Assembly: GCA_964035575.1 (NCBI GenBank)
Contig: OZ037841.1
Span: 1,116,001 to 1,180,000, forward strand
Direction of reading: 5' to 3'
Source: Rhynchopus sp. YZ270_cl-10
Lineage: Eukaryota
Length of the DNA: 64,000 nt
Shown: positions 1 to 9,753 of the stretch, piece by piece
Numbering within the stretch: the first letter of the stretch is position 1
Layout of the letters: each line of letters opens with the position of its first letter
Notes under the pieces: model-generated
What the model saw: the letters and a program-made list of their open reading frames with translations, nothing else
Told to the model about the DNA's origin: nothing
The model's database searches: none
Translations under genes and position numbers: made by a program

Positions 1-14
1 ATTTTCCAATCGCA

Positions 15-1034
15 ATGTCACGGACCAAACATATGTGTCGTAGACCGTGTAACAGTGCGTGGAAGTGTCAGGGAAAGAGGAAGCGAGGGTCGTATGCTTT
101 GGACCCATGCTGGAAGAATTTCTATAGAACGGGAAAGCATTATCCGGTGAAAAGACATAAGTCGCGAATGGCAGTGTGGGCTCCACCGGTGATGGATCAG
201 ATCAGTCAGTTGGTTGGCAAGAAGCATGGCTACGACCCTAAGCTGCATGCCGCGATTCGACAGTCTCTCGACAAAAAACCGAGTTTGGTCATTGACGTTG
301 GGTCGAACCTCGGAGTGGTGTCCCTCTTTGCGACGCATATGGGCCATCGTGTTGTTGCGTTTGACCCAACACCGTGGACCAGACATAAACTGCATCTTTC
401 GCTTTGGATGAATAATTTGACGAACACCGTCACCGTAGTTCCAGCTGGGGTAGGTTCTAAGAGCGCTGTGGCGCATCTCGCGATGGTGCCAGGGAATCTC
501 GGTGGTAATCAGATTGTTCGCGACAAAAAAAAGCTGGATAAAATTACGCGAAACGAAACCGGGCAGGGCAAGCCCGACCAAAAGGGGATCATTCCGGTCC
601 AGATCGTTACCCTGGATGAATCGCTTGCGGAGGAGAAGGATATCATTTTCATTAAGATTGATGTGGAGGGGAATGAGATTGAGGTGATTCGCGGGGCGTT
701 GAAGACGTTGGAGAAGCATCGGCCGGCGATGATAATCGAGACCTGTTTTTGGTGTCAACCTGAAGTCCTTTTCACGCTACTCCAAAAGGCGCATTACGTC
801 TGCGGAAGCGAAGACAAAGTGGTTGACAGAAAGCTCACCCCCATAGCAGGACACTGGAAGTGGGACGTCCTACCTGTCCTCCAGCCTAAACACCGCAGCC
901 AACTTCGTCCAAACGTAATATGCATTTACGACAAAGCTGCAGCAGCGCTCCCCTTCGACACCGACCTCGATCATTCTCCAGAAATGAAAACCTTCCTCAA
1001 GCAGTGGCATGCGTACAACGTTGAGACAGATTGA
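15..1034 (+). CDS. FkbM-family SAM-dependent methyltransferase (5' end may extend outside the window)
   Basis: Motifs VIDVGSNLG (SAM-binding motif I), VVAFDP, VTLD and FIKIDVEGNEIEVIRGA are typical of FkbM/Methyltransf_21. Confidence 0.85.
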   Translation: MSRTKHMCRRPCNSAWKCQGKRKRGSYALDPCWKNFYRTGKHYPVKRHKSRMAVWAPPVMDQISQLVGKKHGYDPKLHAAIRQSLDKKPSLVIDVGSNLGVVSLFATHMGHRVVAFDPTPWTRHKLHLSLWMNNLTNTVTVVPAGVGSKSAVAHLAMVPGNLGGNQIVRDKKKLDKITRNETGQGKPDQKGIIPVQIVTLDESLAEEKDIIFIKIDVEGNEIEVIRGALKTLEKHRPAMIIETCFWCQPEVLFTLLQKAHYVCGSEDKVVDRKLTPIAGHWKWDVLPVLQPKHRSQLRPNVICIYDKAAAALPFDTDLDHSPEMKTFLKQWHAYNVETD

Positions 1035-1363
1035 CCTAGGGTAATTTGAGGGGTTATTAGAGGGGAGGGAATGAAAACATTTTTGTTTTTTTTAAAATTT
1101 TTTAAAGCACCACGAACTAAAGACACCTTTTTTACATTATGGACATGAACAAAGACTGAATGATGTTTAAATCTTACAGACATTCCCTCCTCACCTCCTC
1201 TCTGCCTCAGCTGGACCATTAACCCCATGGTCCACTATGTCAAAGCACGCAGACAGCACTCCTGACAAGAAAAATTGCTTTGTTCATGGTAGCAGATACC
1301 CCTCAACCCTAACCTAACCCTCATCCTCATCTTCCCTTCAAGATCAACACAAATAAAAGAAAA

Positions 1364-4300
1364 ATGGAAATTTTCATCCGCTGTCGCAAAACCGGGGAAC
1401 GCTGTGCCGTGCAGGTAGATGCCTCCGATACTCTTGGCGACATCATGGGGAAGGTTTGCCGCATTTTTTTGCATGATGCCAAAATGATGTGGACTTTGAT
1501 GCTTGCTTTTAGTGGGACGGAAACTTCGCTTGGTGAGGTGCATGAACGGGTTGCCGACGTTGCTTTGGAGGCACTAACGGAATGCGATCTTGTCCCGATC
1601 CCATTGGCGATCTTCCGCCGTCGTGTGGAGGAGAACCCAGACTCCCCTGACGCGCTCTGCCACTATGCCCTCCGCACACCAGACATCTCCCTCAGACGCC
1701 ATCTCCTCCACCGTGCTGCGAAAGAAGACCATCCCACCGCCTTCCTCGAGCTTGCAAAGCTCTGCACCTCTCGTGATGAGTGTCTCCACATCGGCTCCCA
1801 GTCGTACACCCAATCCTCGTTGTTGGAGCGGGCCGTTAAGTTGGCACCTCACGACCCGCTAGCTCGTGTCGCCAGGGCGCAGGTTCTTCCCAAAAAGGCA
1901 CAACAGGCCCGTCTGTTAAAAGATTTAAACAAAATTCCTGACACCGAAAGAGGACCGCTGTTGTGCATGCTGGCAGGTCTGCTTGGTGATGGGGAGCGGG
2001 TGGGAGGGGACAATGAAGACAGGGAAATGCTTCTGCGGCGGGCAATGTCAGAGCAACCGGACTATGCTCCAGCGTACCACGACCTGGCACGGCTGCTTCC
2101 ACGCAATGGCGCAACCTTCGTGGAAGGGGTCGTGACAACGCAGAGAGAGCTTCTCGAAGCTGCGTTGCGGGTGGACCCATTTCATGCACCGTCGTTGCAT
2201 CTGTTGGGGTGTCTGACGGGCGACGTGAAAAGCGCGTGTTTGCGTGCGATTGCGAGCGATCCGTTGTACCGCGGGGCATACCTCTCGCTTGCGTTGACAC
2301 TGGAAGAGGACGAGACGGTGTTGGTGAATGACGTGGAGATGGGCAGGACGGCGTTGCTGAGTATTGCTGATAACGGAACGAAGCGGAATCGGGCACGTTT
2401 GCCACACTTCCTGCTTCGTGAAGAGGCCTTTATGCAGGACTGCACACTCAGCGCGCATGAGATATGCGAAGAGGCACTGCTCAAACGTGGTGCACGATGG
2501 GCGATTGAAGAAAACCGCCTCACCAGCGGACACTTTTCCCACACCTTCTCGGTTGCCGTGACACACGACCCAACCTATGCCCCTGCTTCCCACGCAGTGG
2601 GGATGGCGCTGTCAAAAGCCGAAGTGGAAATGAAAATTCGCGCTTTCCAATGCGCCCTCTCCTACGACCCGCTGCTCAGCCGTGCCTACACGAGCCTCGG
2701 AATTGCCCTCCCACCTGGCCTCTGTGCAACAGTCAACGGCGAGGTCATGAACCACACTGCACTGTTCACACGCGCACTCACTCTAGACAGACGTGACGGT
2801 AATGCTGCCGCCCACCTTGCGTCGCATCTGTTCCGCGATGGGTTGGACAGTGTCGTCATCGGGGATGCGACCATGACCCTCCAGGACCTCCTCTTCCTGT
2901 GCATCGTGGAAGAGCCTGATCTCTATCTCGGGTACTATTGGCTGGGGCGCGTTAGCAATGGGGAGACGGTGGTGCTGCCTAGTGGTGATGCTATGCACAG
3001 TGCAGAGCTTTACCGCAAAGCGTTCTCACTGGAGCCACATTGTGGCGATGCTGCCTATTTCCTTGCGAAGGAGCTGATTGGAGGGTATGTGATGGAAGGG
3101 GATACTCCTTGGTATCGTGAGTCTCTTCTGAAGACGGCCCATGGAAAGCCGAAACAGGAGTTTCGGTCTGAGGCCCAAGTATTGCGTGCAGCAGGGAAGC
3201 CGGACACAATTAAGCGGGATCTGTTGTCGAAAGCCTACTGCGGGAACGGGCAGAACCCACAGCTTCTGACGGCGTGTTCCGAGGTGGACAAGGTGCGCTC
3301 GTGGTTCTTGAAAAGGACGCTATTGAAGCAGGCGATCTCCATGCCTGGGTGCGGGCCCGAGGCATATCTCATGCTAGCCATTGACATCGGTGAGCATGGT
3401 GTGACCACTCTCTGCGACGGCACCGCTACCACCTACCTAGAGCTTCTGACAGCCGCATACGAGCGGGGGGGCACGCGAGACACCTTTGCACGGCTTGCCA
3501 AGGTGTTGGATGGTTCACGTAGACTTGCTCTTCCTGAAGGACGTGAAATCACTCGGGCCGCCTGCCTCGCGCGCGTCGCTGCTGCAAAAGAAAGCACAAC
3601 AAAGGATTGGTGCAACCTCGCAATGGAGCTCCTCGTGGCACAAGAAGAGACGACCGTCAATGGTGCGGTGCACAACGCACACAGCGCGTTTAGCGTTGCG
3701 TTGGCACGCGATGAGGAGGACATCGCTGCTTTGGTGGGCGTCTTTTGCACAATCGAGAACGACACCTTCATTGCCAACAACACACAACTCACACGCGACG
3801 ACGTGCTTTGGCGGGCCATACAAAAAACACCCCCCCAGGACACCACCGAACTGGAGTCCTATTTGACCGAGACGCTGCGCGGGGCACCTTTGGACCCTCT
3901 TCTTTGGGTCTGCCAGGCGTGGCTGCTTCAAGGGAAGTACGGTGCTCATGGTGAGGCCACCGCACGCTACTGTGGACGTGACCTGGGTGCGGTGGCGCTG
4001 CTGGTGTGCACCATAGAAGCAAAGGCGACGTGGCCGGCGTATCTGTACCTTGCGAAGCTGAAGACGGAGGTCAAGATACATGGCGAGACGTTAGACACAG
4101 ATGCGCTGTACGAGGCTGCAGTGCGGCTTGGGTGCACTGACGTAGGCGCTTTGGTGCGGGCTGCGCAGGCAGAAGGGTTGTTCCCAGAGGAGCGCCGACG
4201 TTTGTTGTTGCGGGCAGTGGCGGGGGACAATGACCATGAGAGTGTCGACACCGAGCTCAAAGGTGCCTGGACAGCGCTGGTCACATCCATGCTACCAACC

Positions 4301-4372
4301 GAGTCACTCTCTCTCACAGACGGGGTAACCATCGAAGTAGACCGATTTGTGCACACCACTGTGGAGGGTTAG
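1364..4372 (+). CDS. Protein with N-terminal ubiquitin-like domain and TPR-like helical repeats
   Basis: 1002-aa ORF. N-terminus MEIFIR...AVQVDASDTLGDI resembles ubiquitin. Recurring TPR-like motifs (P.YAPAY..LA, DP...RAY.SLG). Confidence 0.7.
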   Translation: MEIFIRCRKTGERCAVQVDASDTLGDIMGKVCRIFLHDAKMMWTLMLAFSGTETSLGEVHERVADVALEALTECDLVPIPLAIFRRRVEENPDSPDALCHYALRTPDISLRRHLLHRAAKEDHPTAFLELAKLCTSRDECLHIGSQSYTQSSLLERAVKLAPHDPLARVARAQVLPKKAQQARLLKDLNKIPDTERGPLLCMLAGLLGDGERVGGDNEDREMLLRRAMSEQPDYAPAYHDLARLLPRNGATFVEGVVTTQRELLEAALRVDPFHAPSLHLLGCLTGDVKSACLRAIASDPLYRGAYLSLALTLEEDETVLVNDVEMGRTALLSIADNGTKRNRARLPHFLLREEAFMQDCTLSAHEICEEALLKRGARWAIEENRLTSGHFSHTFSVAVTHDPTYAPASHAVGMALSKAEVEMKIRAFQCALSYDPLLSRAYTSLGIALPPGLCATVNGEVMNHTALFTRALTLDRRDGNAAAHLASHLFRDGLDSVVIGDATMTLQDLLFLCIVEEPDLYLGYYWLGRVSNGETVVLPSGDAMHSAELYRKAFSLEPHCGDAAYFLAKELIGGYVMEGDTPWYRESLLKTAHGKPKQEFRSEAQVLRAAGKPDTIKRDLLSKAYCGNGQNPQLLTACSEVDKVRSWFLKRTLLKQAISMPGCGPEAYLMLAIDIGEHGVTTLCDGTATTYLELLTAAYERGGTRDTFARLAKVLDGSRRLALPEGREITRAACLARVAAAKESTTKDWCNLAMELLVAQEETTVNGAVHNAHSAFSVALARDEEDIAALVGVFCTIENDTFIANNTQLTRDDVLWRAIQKTPPQDTTELESYLTETLRGAPLDPLLWVCQAWLLQGKYGAHGEATARYCGRDLGAVALLVCTIEAKATWPAYLYLAKLKTEVKIHGETLDTDALYEAAVRLGCTDVGALVRAAQAEGLFPEERRRLLLRAVAGDNDHESVDTELKGAWTALVTSMLPTESLSLTDGVTIEVDRFVHTTVEG

Positions 4373-5907
4373 GGTTTTGTTGGGAGATGGGAGGGGACGG
4401 CGGAAGGGAATAATGGGTAGATATGAGATGCGAGGTTTCGTTTGAGGTGAGTGTTTTTAAAAAAAGCATCCACCAAAACGTTATTATGAGTTCCGGAAGC
4501 GTTGTTGCGTTCACTTTTTACGTGAGGGGGAGAAAAACATGAAGCGTTATTCTGCTCCCCTCTCTGCTATCCTGGGTAGGAAGATTAAACTCGCGGGGCT
4601 TTTAGCACGGCTTTTAAGGATCCTGTGAAAAAAAATCGTGGCTGCTATCTAGTGATAGTAGTTTGTTATCAAGCAAAATATTTTACTAAAGGGGCCATGT
4701 GATACATCGCATAGCCCTTTGGCTCGCCCTTTCACCCTTGGTGTCGATACATTGCTTTGAAACGAGACAATATATGTGTAAGTCACCTCAGCCATTGTGC
4801 TCAGGGTCACATTCTGTGATAATTTTTTTGTGTGTTTTTTGTGCTCCCCTCCTTTTGTCCTCGCATGTGGTGACCAAGCGCCTTCATCTTACCATTTTTA
4901 AAATTATATTTTTTTGGTTTTGTTGATGTTTTGTGTGGATCAGATGTGTTCAGATGAGAGATCCCATTCGCGGCTCGTTTTTTCTTTTCTTTCTCCCATC
5001 TCATGACATCCCGTTTGCTAGAAGGAAGAACGGGGGTGTTTTAGATTTGTTTTTTTACACCCTACCTAGAGTCGTTTGCATCAACTTTTACGATTAAAAG
5101 TGTGTCACATGCATTTTTTTTTAAAATGAGTACACAACCTCCCTCGTGGTTAACCGTATGCAAGCCAACGAAGTGCTCTCGAGGTGTTTGCACTTTCAAC
5201 TTCTCTTTGTAAGAAGTGTTTTTAATGGTGCTCTTTTAAAGCTTTTGTTTTTGTGAACAGCCCTTCACAAAACGCTCGTCTTCCTTTGTCTTAAGATATC
5301 TGCACATGAGGCGTGTTTATCTTTTAATTGTGTTGTTTTTTTTCTCTTCTCAGAATCTGGCCTGTTTCTCTCATTGTTTGAGGTGAATAGAAGTGCATCC
5401 TTCGGGATGGAGGGTTGCCCAAACTTTTCTAGTCTTTCAGAAGATGTAGCTTGCTTGATTAGATAGTTGCTGATGTGTCATGTGTTGTTTGTTTCTTTTT
5501 GACAAAACACAGTGATGTTCATGTAATCAACCTTTCTCATTTTGACATTTGTGTACACTTTTTCTCTCATGTACCTCCAATGCTTGGGGGTTTCCTCCCC
5601 TTTCCCTCCCAACACTCCCCGTTGTATCCAATGCACATCTCTAAAGATCTGTGCATATGTACCCTGAGATTGAGAAGGACACCTCTTGGATGACGTTGCC
5701 CGGCACATTAAGGTTGTATCGTGTTGCGTAACATTCAATGAAAAAGGCATCAGGGCTCACGCCAACAGCTTCCAATAACGTATTTTCCCTTTTATTTTGT
5801 TTTGGCGATGCAAAAAATGCAAACCCTCCCCCCCTTCCCCCCCCCTTACCCTTTTCAAATAAATCCCCTCCTCCCCTCCCTTCTCCTACGCTCTTCATTT
5901 CAGAAAA

Positions 5908-8382
5908 ATGCGTTTCTTTCAATATGCGTTGTTCGCAGCCTGTGCAGTGCCGGCAGTCGCGACCCTGGACTTCAAAGACCTGGACTGCAAGATGAAGCGC
6001 ATGCTCTACACCAACGCTGTCGCACAGCAGCCCTTCCGCAAGAACCTGCCACGCGAGGTCTTCGACTCTCTTCGCCTTGCAGAGGTGTGCGGCGACACTC
6101 CGCCGCCAGCAGCAGACCAGCCCGCCCCTTCCACCCCTCTGCCCGCAGGCATCCAGATCTTCGTCGACCCTGCCGCAAGCCACGAAGGCAACGGCACCGA
6201 AGCCGACCCATGCAAGACGCTTGCCGCAGCCGTCCTCCTCTCCAGGCAGCACACCGGCACAGCACGCACCATTGTCCTCCGTGCTGGCTACCACTTCCTC
6301 TCCGAGACTCTTGCCCTCGGAAAGGCCGACGCCGGCACCACCCTCATGAACTACCCCAACGAGGAAGCCTGGGTCTCCGGGGGACGTAAAATCGACGCCT
6401 CCGCACCTTGGACGAAGGGAGACGACGGGATTTACTCACTGAAGACAGACTTTGATTGGGTGCCCGGTTTGTTCACGCTGAAGGGACACAGAAGGTTGTA
6501 CCGTGCCAGGTACCCTAATGCCGACCCTGAGGTGGATTCGAAGGGTGTCGTCTACGGGTTGGAGAACAAGATTGTTGACCCATGGTGGCGGCCGGAGGTG
6601 GGCGCTGCACCAGAGTTTACCTTTTACAACCTGGCGGAGGCGAACCCGACTGGGCACATCAAGAACGACTCGAAGATGTCGCAGTACAACACCTACACAC
6701 ACGGTGTCGGTGGTGCCTGCAACAGCGTCTGGGCCAAGGACGTACCAAGCTTCTGGTGTGGCAACAACTCCGCTGGAGGTTGGGCCTTCGTAGACCAAGC
6801 TGCAGCCAAAGCAGGGCAACTGAACCTCCCCGTCGGCATGTCCCTCACAGATGCACCAGAGGTGGCACGCTTCAAGGATTGGTCAAATGCAAGCGGCGCT
6901 ATTGTGCATGCATGGCACAGCCAGTCCTGGTTCACCAATATGTTCGAGGTGGGAGTGCAGGACAAAGACAAACACACCCTCACCTTTACGAGGGGTGGTC
7001 AGCAGGGGGGAAGGAATTGGTGTCGGTGCGATCAGTGCTCCTACGCAGCGGCGTGGTGTGGGCAGCGTCAGACACCGCCACAGAACAACGATACCCGCAT
7101 GATCTCGGGGTCCTGGTTTGTGGAGAACGTGCTGGAGGAGCTGGACGCCAAGACAGAGTGGTTCTTTGATGAGACGACGAAGACGCTGCACCTTATGCCC
7201 AACAGCACCATCACGTCAGACGACCTTGTTGTACCACAACTGAAACGTCTGATCACCATCACCGACACAGAGGACATTACCGTTCAAGGAATCCGTTTCA
7301 GGGACGCCGCATACACCTTCATGGACGACTGGGCGGCACCCTCTGGAGGCGACTGGTCGATCCACAGAGGTGGTGCGGTGTTCATTGAGAACGCAGAGCG
7401 TGTGCACGTTGCGTCCTGTTTGTTCAAGCGGTTGGACGGAAATGCGTTGTTCCTCTCCAAGAGGACCAGGAATGTGACGATTGAGGAGAACGAGTTTGTG
7501 TGGCTTGGTGACGGTGCCATGGCGACCTGGGGTGACACAGCAAGCTACGACGCGACAGGGGGAGAGCAGCCGCGCATGACGACCGTGAAGAACAACTACG
7601 TCCACGAGATTGGGTTGTACGAAAAGCAGTCCTCTGCTTGGGGACAGAACAAGGCGTGCCAGACACTTCTTGAAGGAAACGTTCTGTTCAACATGCCGCG
7701 TGCCGCGATCAACTTCAACGACGGCCTCGGTGGCGGCAACGTTGTCAAGAAGAACCTCATCTGGAACACATGCCGTGAATCCGGAGACCACGGCCCGATC
7801 AACACCTGGGACAGAATGCCCTTCCTCACCGAGATCGCAACCGGAAGCCCCAGCTTCACCCCTGCCCCTTCCCTTATCACCGCAAACTACATTATTGCGG
7901 ACTACGGTGGATCGCAGGGCATCGACAACGACGATGGGTCCTCTTTTTACCACATTGACGGCAACGTCTTCTATGCTGCAGACGGGTTCAAGATGGATTA
8001 TGGTGGCCACGACTCTCGCTTTGCGAACAACCTTGTTGTGAACACACCGTACGATGGTCAGAACTGTTTCAATGTCGGACCCTTCGTTGAAGGCCATGGC
8101 GACTCATGGACCAACAACACATGTCTTGTCGGTGTGAGTGGCTCGGGTGCGTCAGCAAAGCTCTACCAAGTGGGTGCACAAAACCAATGCAGCGAAGACT
8201 ACTTCCTCACAGGAGACAACAAATTCTTCACAGCGAACGGAACCTCCTTCATCAAGTGCGCAGGTCAATACATCACCCTCGAAGAAGCACAGTCCAAACA
8301 CAACGTCCAGCCCGGCTCCACCTCCGCTGTGTACCCACCAGCGGACACTGTGGTCGCTTGGGCAAAGGCGTTGCTGCAGTAA
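5908..8382 (+). CDS. Secreted right-handed parallel beta-helix protein (pectin-lyase-like fold, GH141-like carbohydrate-active enzyme)
   Basis: Signal peptide. Motifs IFVDP...GT.ADPCKTL, LRAGYHFL, RARYPN, FVENVLEELD..EWFFD, RESGDHGPINTWDR and GIDNDDGSS, plus Asn-ladder repeats. Confidence 0.8.
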   Translation: MRFFQYALFAACAVPAVATLDFKDLDCKMKRMLYTNAVAQQPFRKNLPREVFDSLRLAEVCGDTPPPAADQPAPSTPLPAGIQIFVDPAASHEGNGTEADPCKTLAAAVLLSRQHTGTARTIVLRAGYHFLSETLALGKADAGTTLMNYPNEEAWVSGGRKIDASAPWTKGDDGIYSLKTDFDWVPGLFTLKGHRRLYRARYPNADPEVDSKGVVYGLENKIVDPWWRPEVGAAPEFTFYNLAEANPTGHIKNDSKMSQYNTYTHGVGGACNSVWAKDVPSFWCGNNSAGGWAFVDQAAAKAGQLNLPVGMSLTDAPEVARFKDWSNASGAIVHAWHSQSWFTNMFEVGVQDKDKHTLTFTRGGQQGGRNWCRCDQCSYAAAWCGQRQTPPQNNDTRMISGSWFVENVLEELDAKTEWFFDETTKTLHLMPNSTITSDDLVVPQLKRLITITDTEDITVQGIRFRDAAYTFMDDWAAPSGGDWSIHRGGAVFIENAERVHVASCLFKRLDGNALFLSKRTRNVTIEENEFVWLGDGAMATWGDTASYDATGGEQPRMTTVKNNYVHEIGLYEKQSSAWGQNKACQTLLEGNVLFNMPRAAINFNDGLGGGNVVKKNLIWNTCRESGDHGPINTWDRMPFLTEIATGSPSFTPAPSLITANYIIADYGGSQGIDNDDGSSFYHIDGNVFYAADGFKMDYGGHDSRFANNLVVNTPYDGQNCFNVGPFVEGHGDSWTNNTCLVGVSGSGASAKLYQVGAQNQCSEDYFLTGDNKFFTANGTSFIKCAGQYITLEEAQSKHNVQPGSTSAVYPPADTVVAWAKALLQ

Positions 8383-8468
8383 GGGAACCCGAGTTTCTTT
8401 TAAAGGTTGTGGGATGCTCAACATTGCAACATTGAGGTGCGAGTTAGGATGAGCTTATCCCACTATAT

Positions 8469-9753
8469 GGGTCAGTCCATAAACCACCCCCCCCAAAAGG
8501 TAACCTGGGGTCCTTATTTTTATTTCATCTGGGTTCTACTGGGACTTTCTCCCCGATTTTTTTTTTTAATGAACTCAGAGTTAAGTTTCTGGGTTCAATA
8601 AAAAAAACGACGATCAAAAAGTCCAATTGGAAATATGATGGATACCCCCCGAGAGCAAAATAAACCAACGGTAAAAATTGGTACCCTTGGTTTCCTATAG
8701 GTTCCTATAGGAAACCTACATTTTCCCATAATTTCCCACACAACTTACTTGACAACAGGATGAAAACAAATACAAAAATGGCAAAAGTGAGTAAAACCGT
8801 GCAAGGGGCACTGGACTTTGCTAGGGCTCTGGGGGAAACGCAGTTCTCAGGGGAGAGACTCGCAAGGAGGTTCTTGCCTACGCGAAGGCACGCAGTTGTT
8901 ACCGTAGGGGTTTCCGGGAAGACGTGTGGTTCAAAGCTTTATGGAAAGCGAGAGGAATATCCCTCATCCTTCACAGGAAGAACACCACCCGTGAGGGACG
9001 CGCGGTCCAACTGTATTTCTGCAGTAACCTGGATGAGTGTGTGGGTGCCATCAGAAGGTACGGAGGGGTGAACAACGCGTATTTACCCCTTACAGCAAGG
9101 AGAATGGCAGCGGCGTCGTTGTCCGTGCCTCCAAACACGCGGAAGGCTTGTGCAAAACGTACCTTCTGATGGCACACCCACACACTCATCCAGGTTACTG
9201 CAGAAATACAGTTGGACCGCGCGTCCCTCACGGGTGGTGTTCTTCCTGTGAAGGATGAGGGATATTCCTCTCGCTTTCCATAAAGCTTTGAACCACACGT
9301 CTTCCCGGAAACCCCTACGGTAACAACTGCGTGCCTTCGCGTAGGCAAGAACCTCCTTGCGAGTCTTCTCCCCTGAGAACTGCGTTTCCCCCAGAGCCCT
9401 AGCAAAGTCCAGTGCCCCTTGCACGGTTTTACTCACTTTTGCCATTTTTGTATTTGTTTTCATCCTGTTGTCAAGTAAGTTGTGTGGGAAATTGTGGGAA
9501 AATGTAGGTTTCCTATAGGAACCTATAGGAAACCAAGGGTACCAATTTTTACCGTTGGTTTATTTTGCTCTCGGGGGGTATCCATCATATTTCCAATTGG
9601 ACTTTTTGCTCGTCGTTTTTTTTATTGAACCCAGAAACTTAACTCTGAGTTCATTAAAAAAAAAATCGGGGAGAAAGTCCCAGTAGAACCCAGATGAAAT
9701 AAAAATAAGGACCCCAGGTTACCTTTTGGGGGGGGTGGTTTATGGACCGTGCC
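8469..9753. mobile_element. Fold-back (long-TIR) non-autonomous DNA transposon-like element, copy 1
   Basis: Arms 8469-9062 and 9158-9753 are near-perfect reverse complements around a 95-bp spacer. GG...CC termini, ATAT on both flanks (8465-8468, 9754-9757). A near-identical copy lies at 29676-30962. Confidence 0.92.
9083..9463 (-). other. 126-aa ORF starting in the right arm of fold-back copy 1 and ending in the spacer (possible N-terminal fragment of an element protein)
   Basis: ATG-initiated basic ORF MKTNTKMAKVSK...; intact in both element copies with one E/G difference. The mirror copy in the left arm starts at 8760 but is frameshifted. Confidence 0.4.

Noticed and set aside
1305..1321. 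Telomere-like AACCCTAACCTAACCC
   Set aside because: Only about two imperfect units within a C-rich leader.
8469..9753. Palindrome as a sequencing fold-back artefact
   Set aside because: It occurs at two loci with distinct flanks, the same unique spacer, asymmetric tips and ATAT flanks. The 1- and 2-nt deletions in the copy 1 left arm could still be errors.
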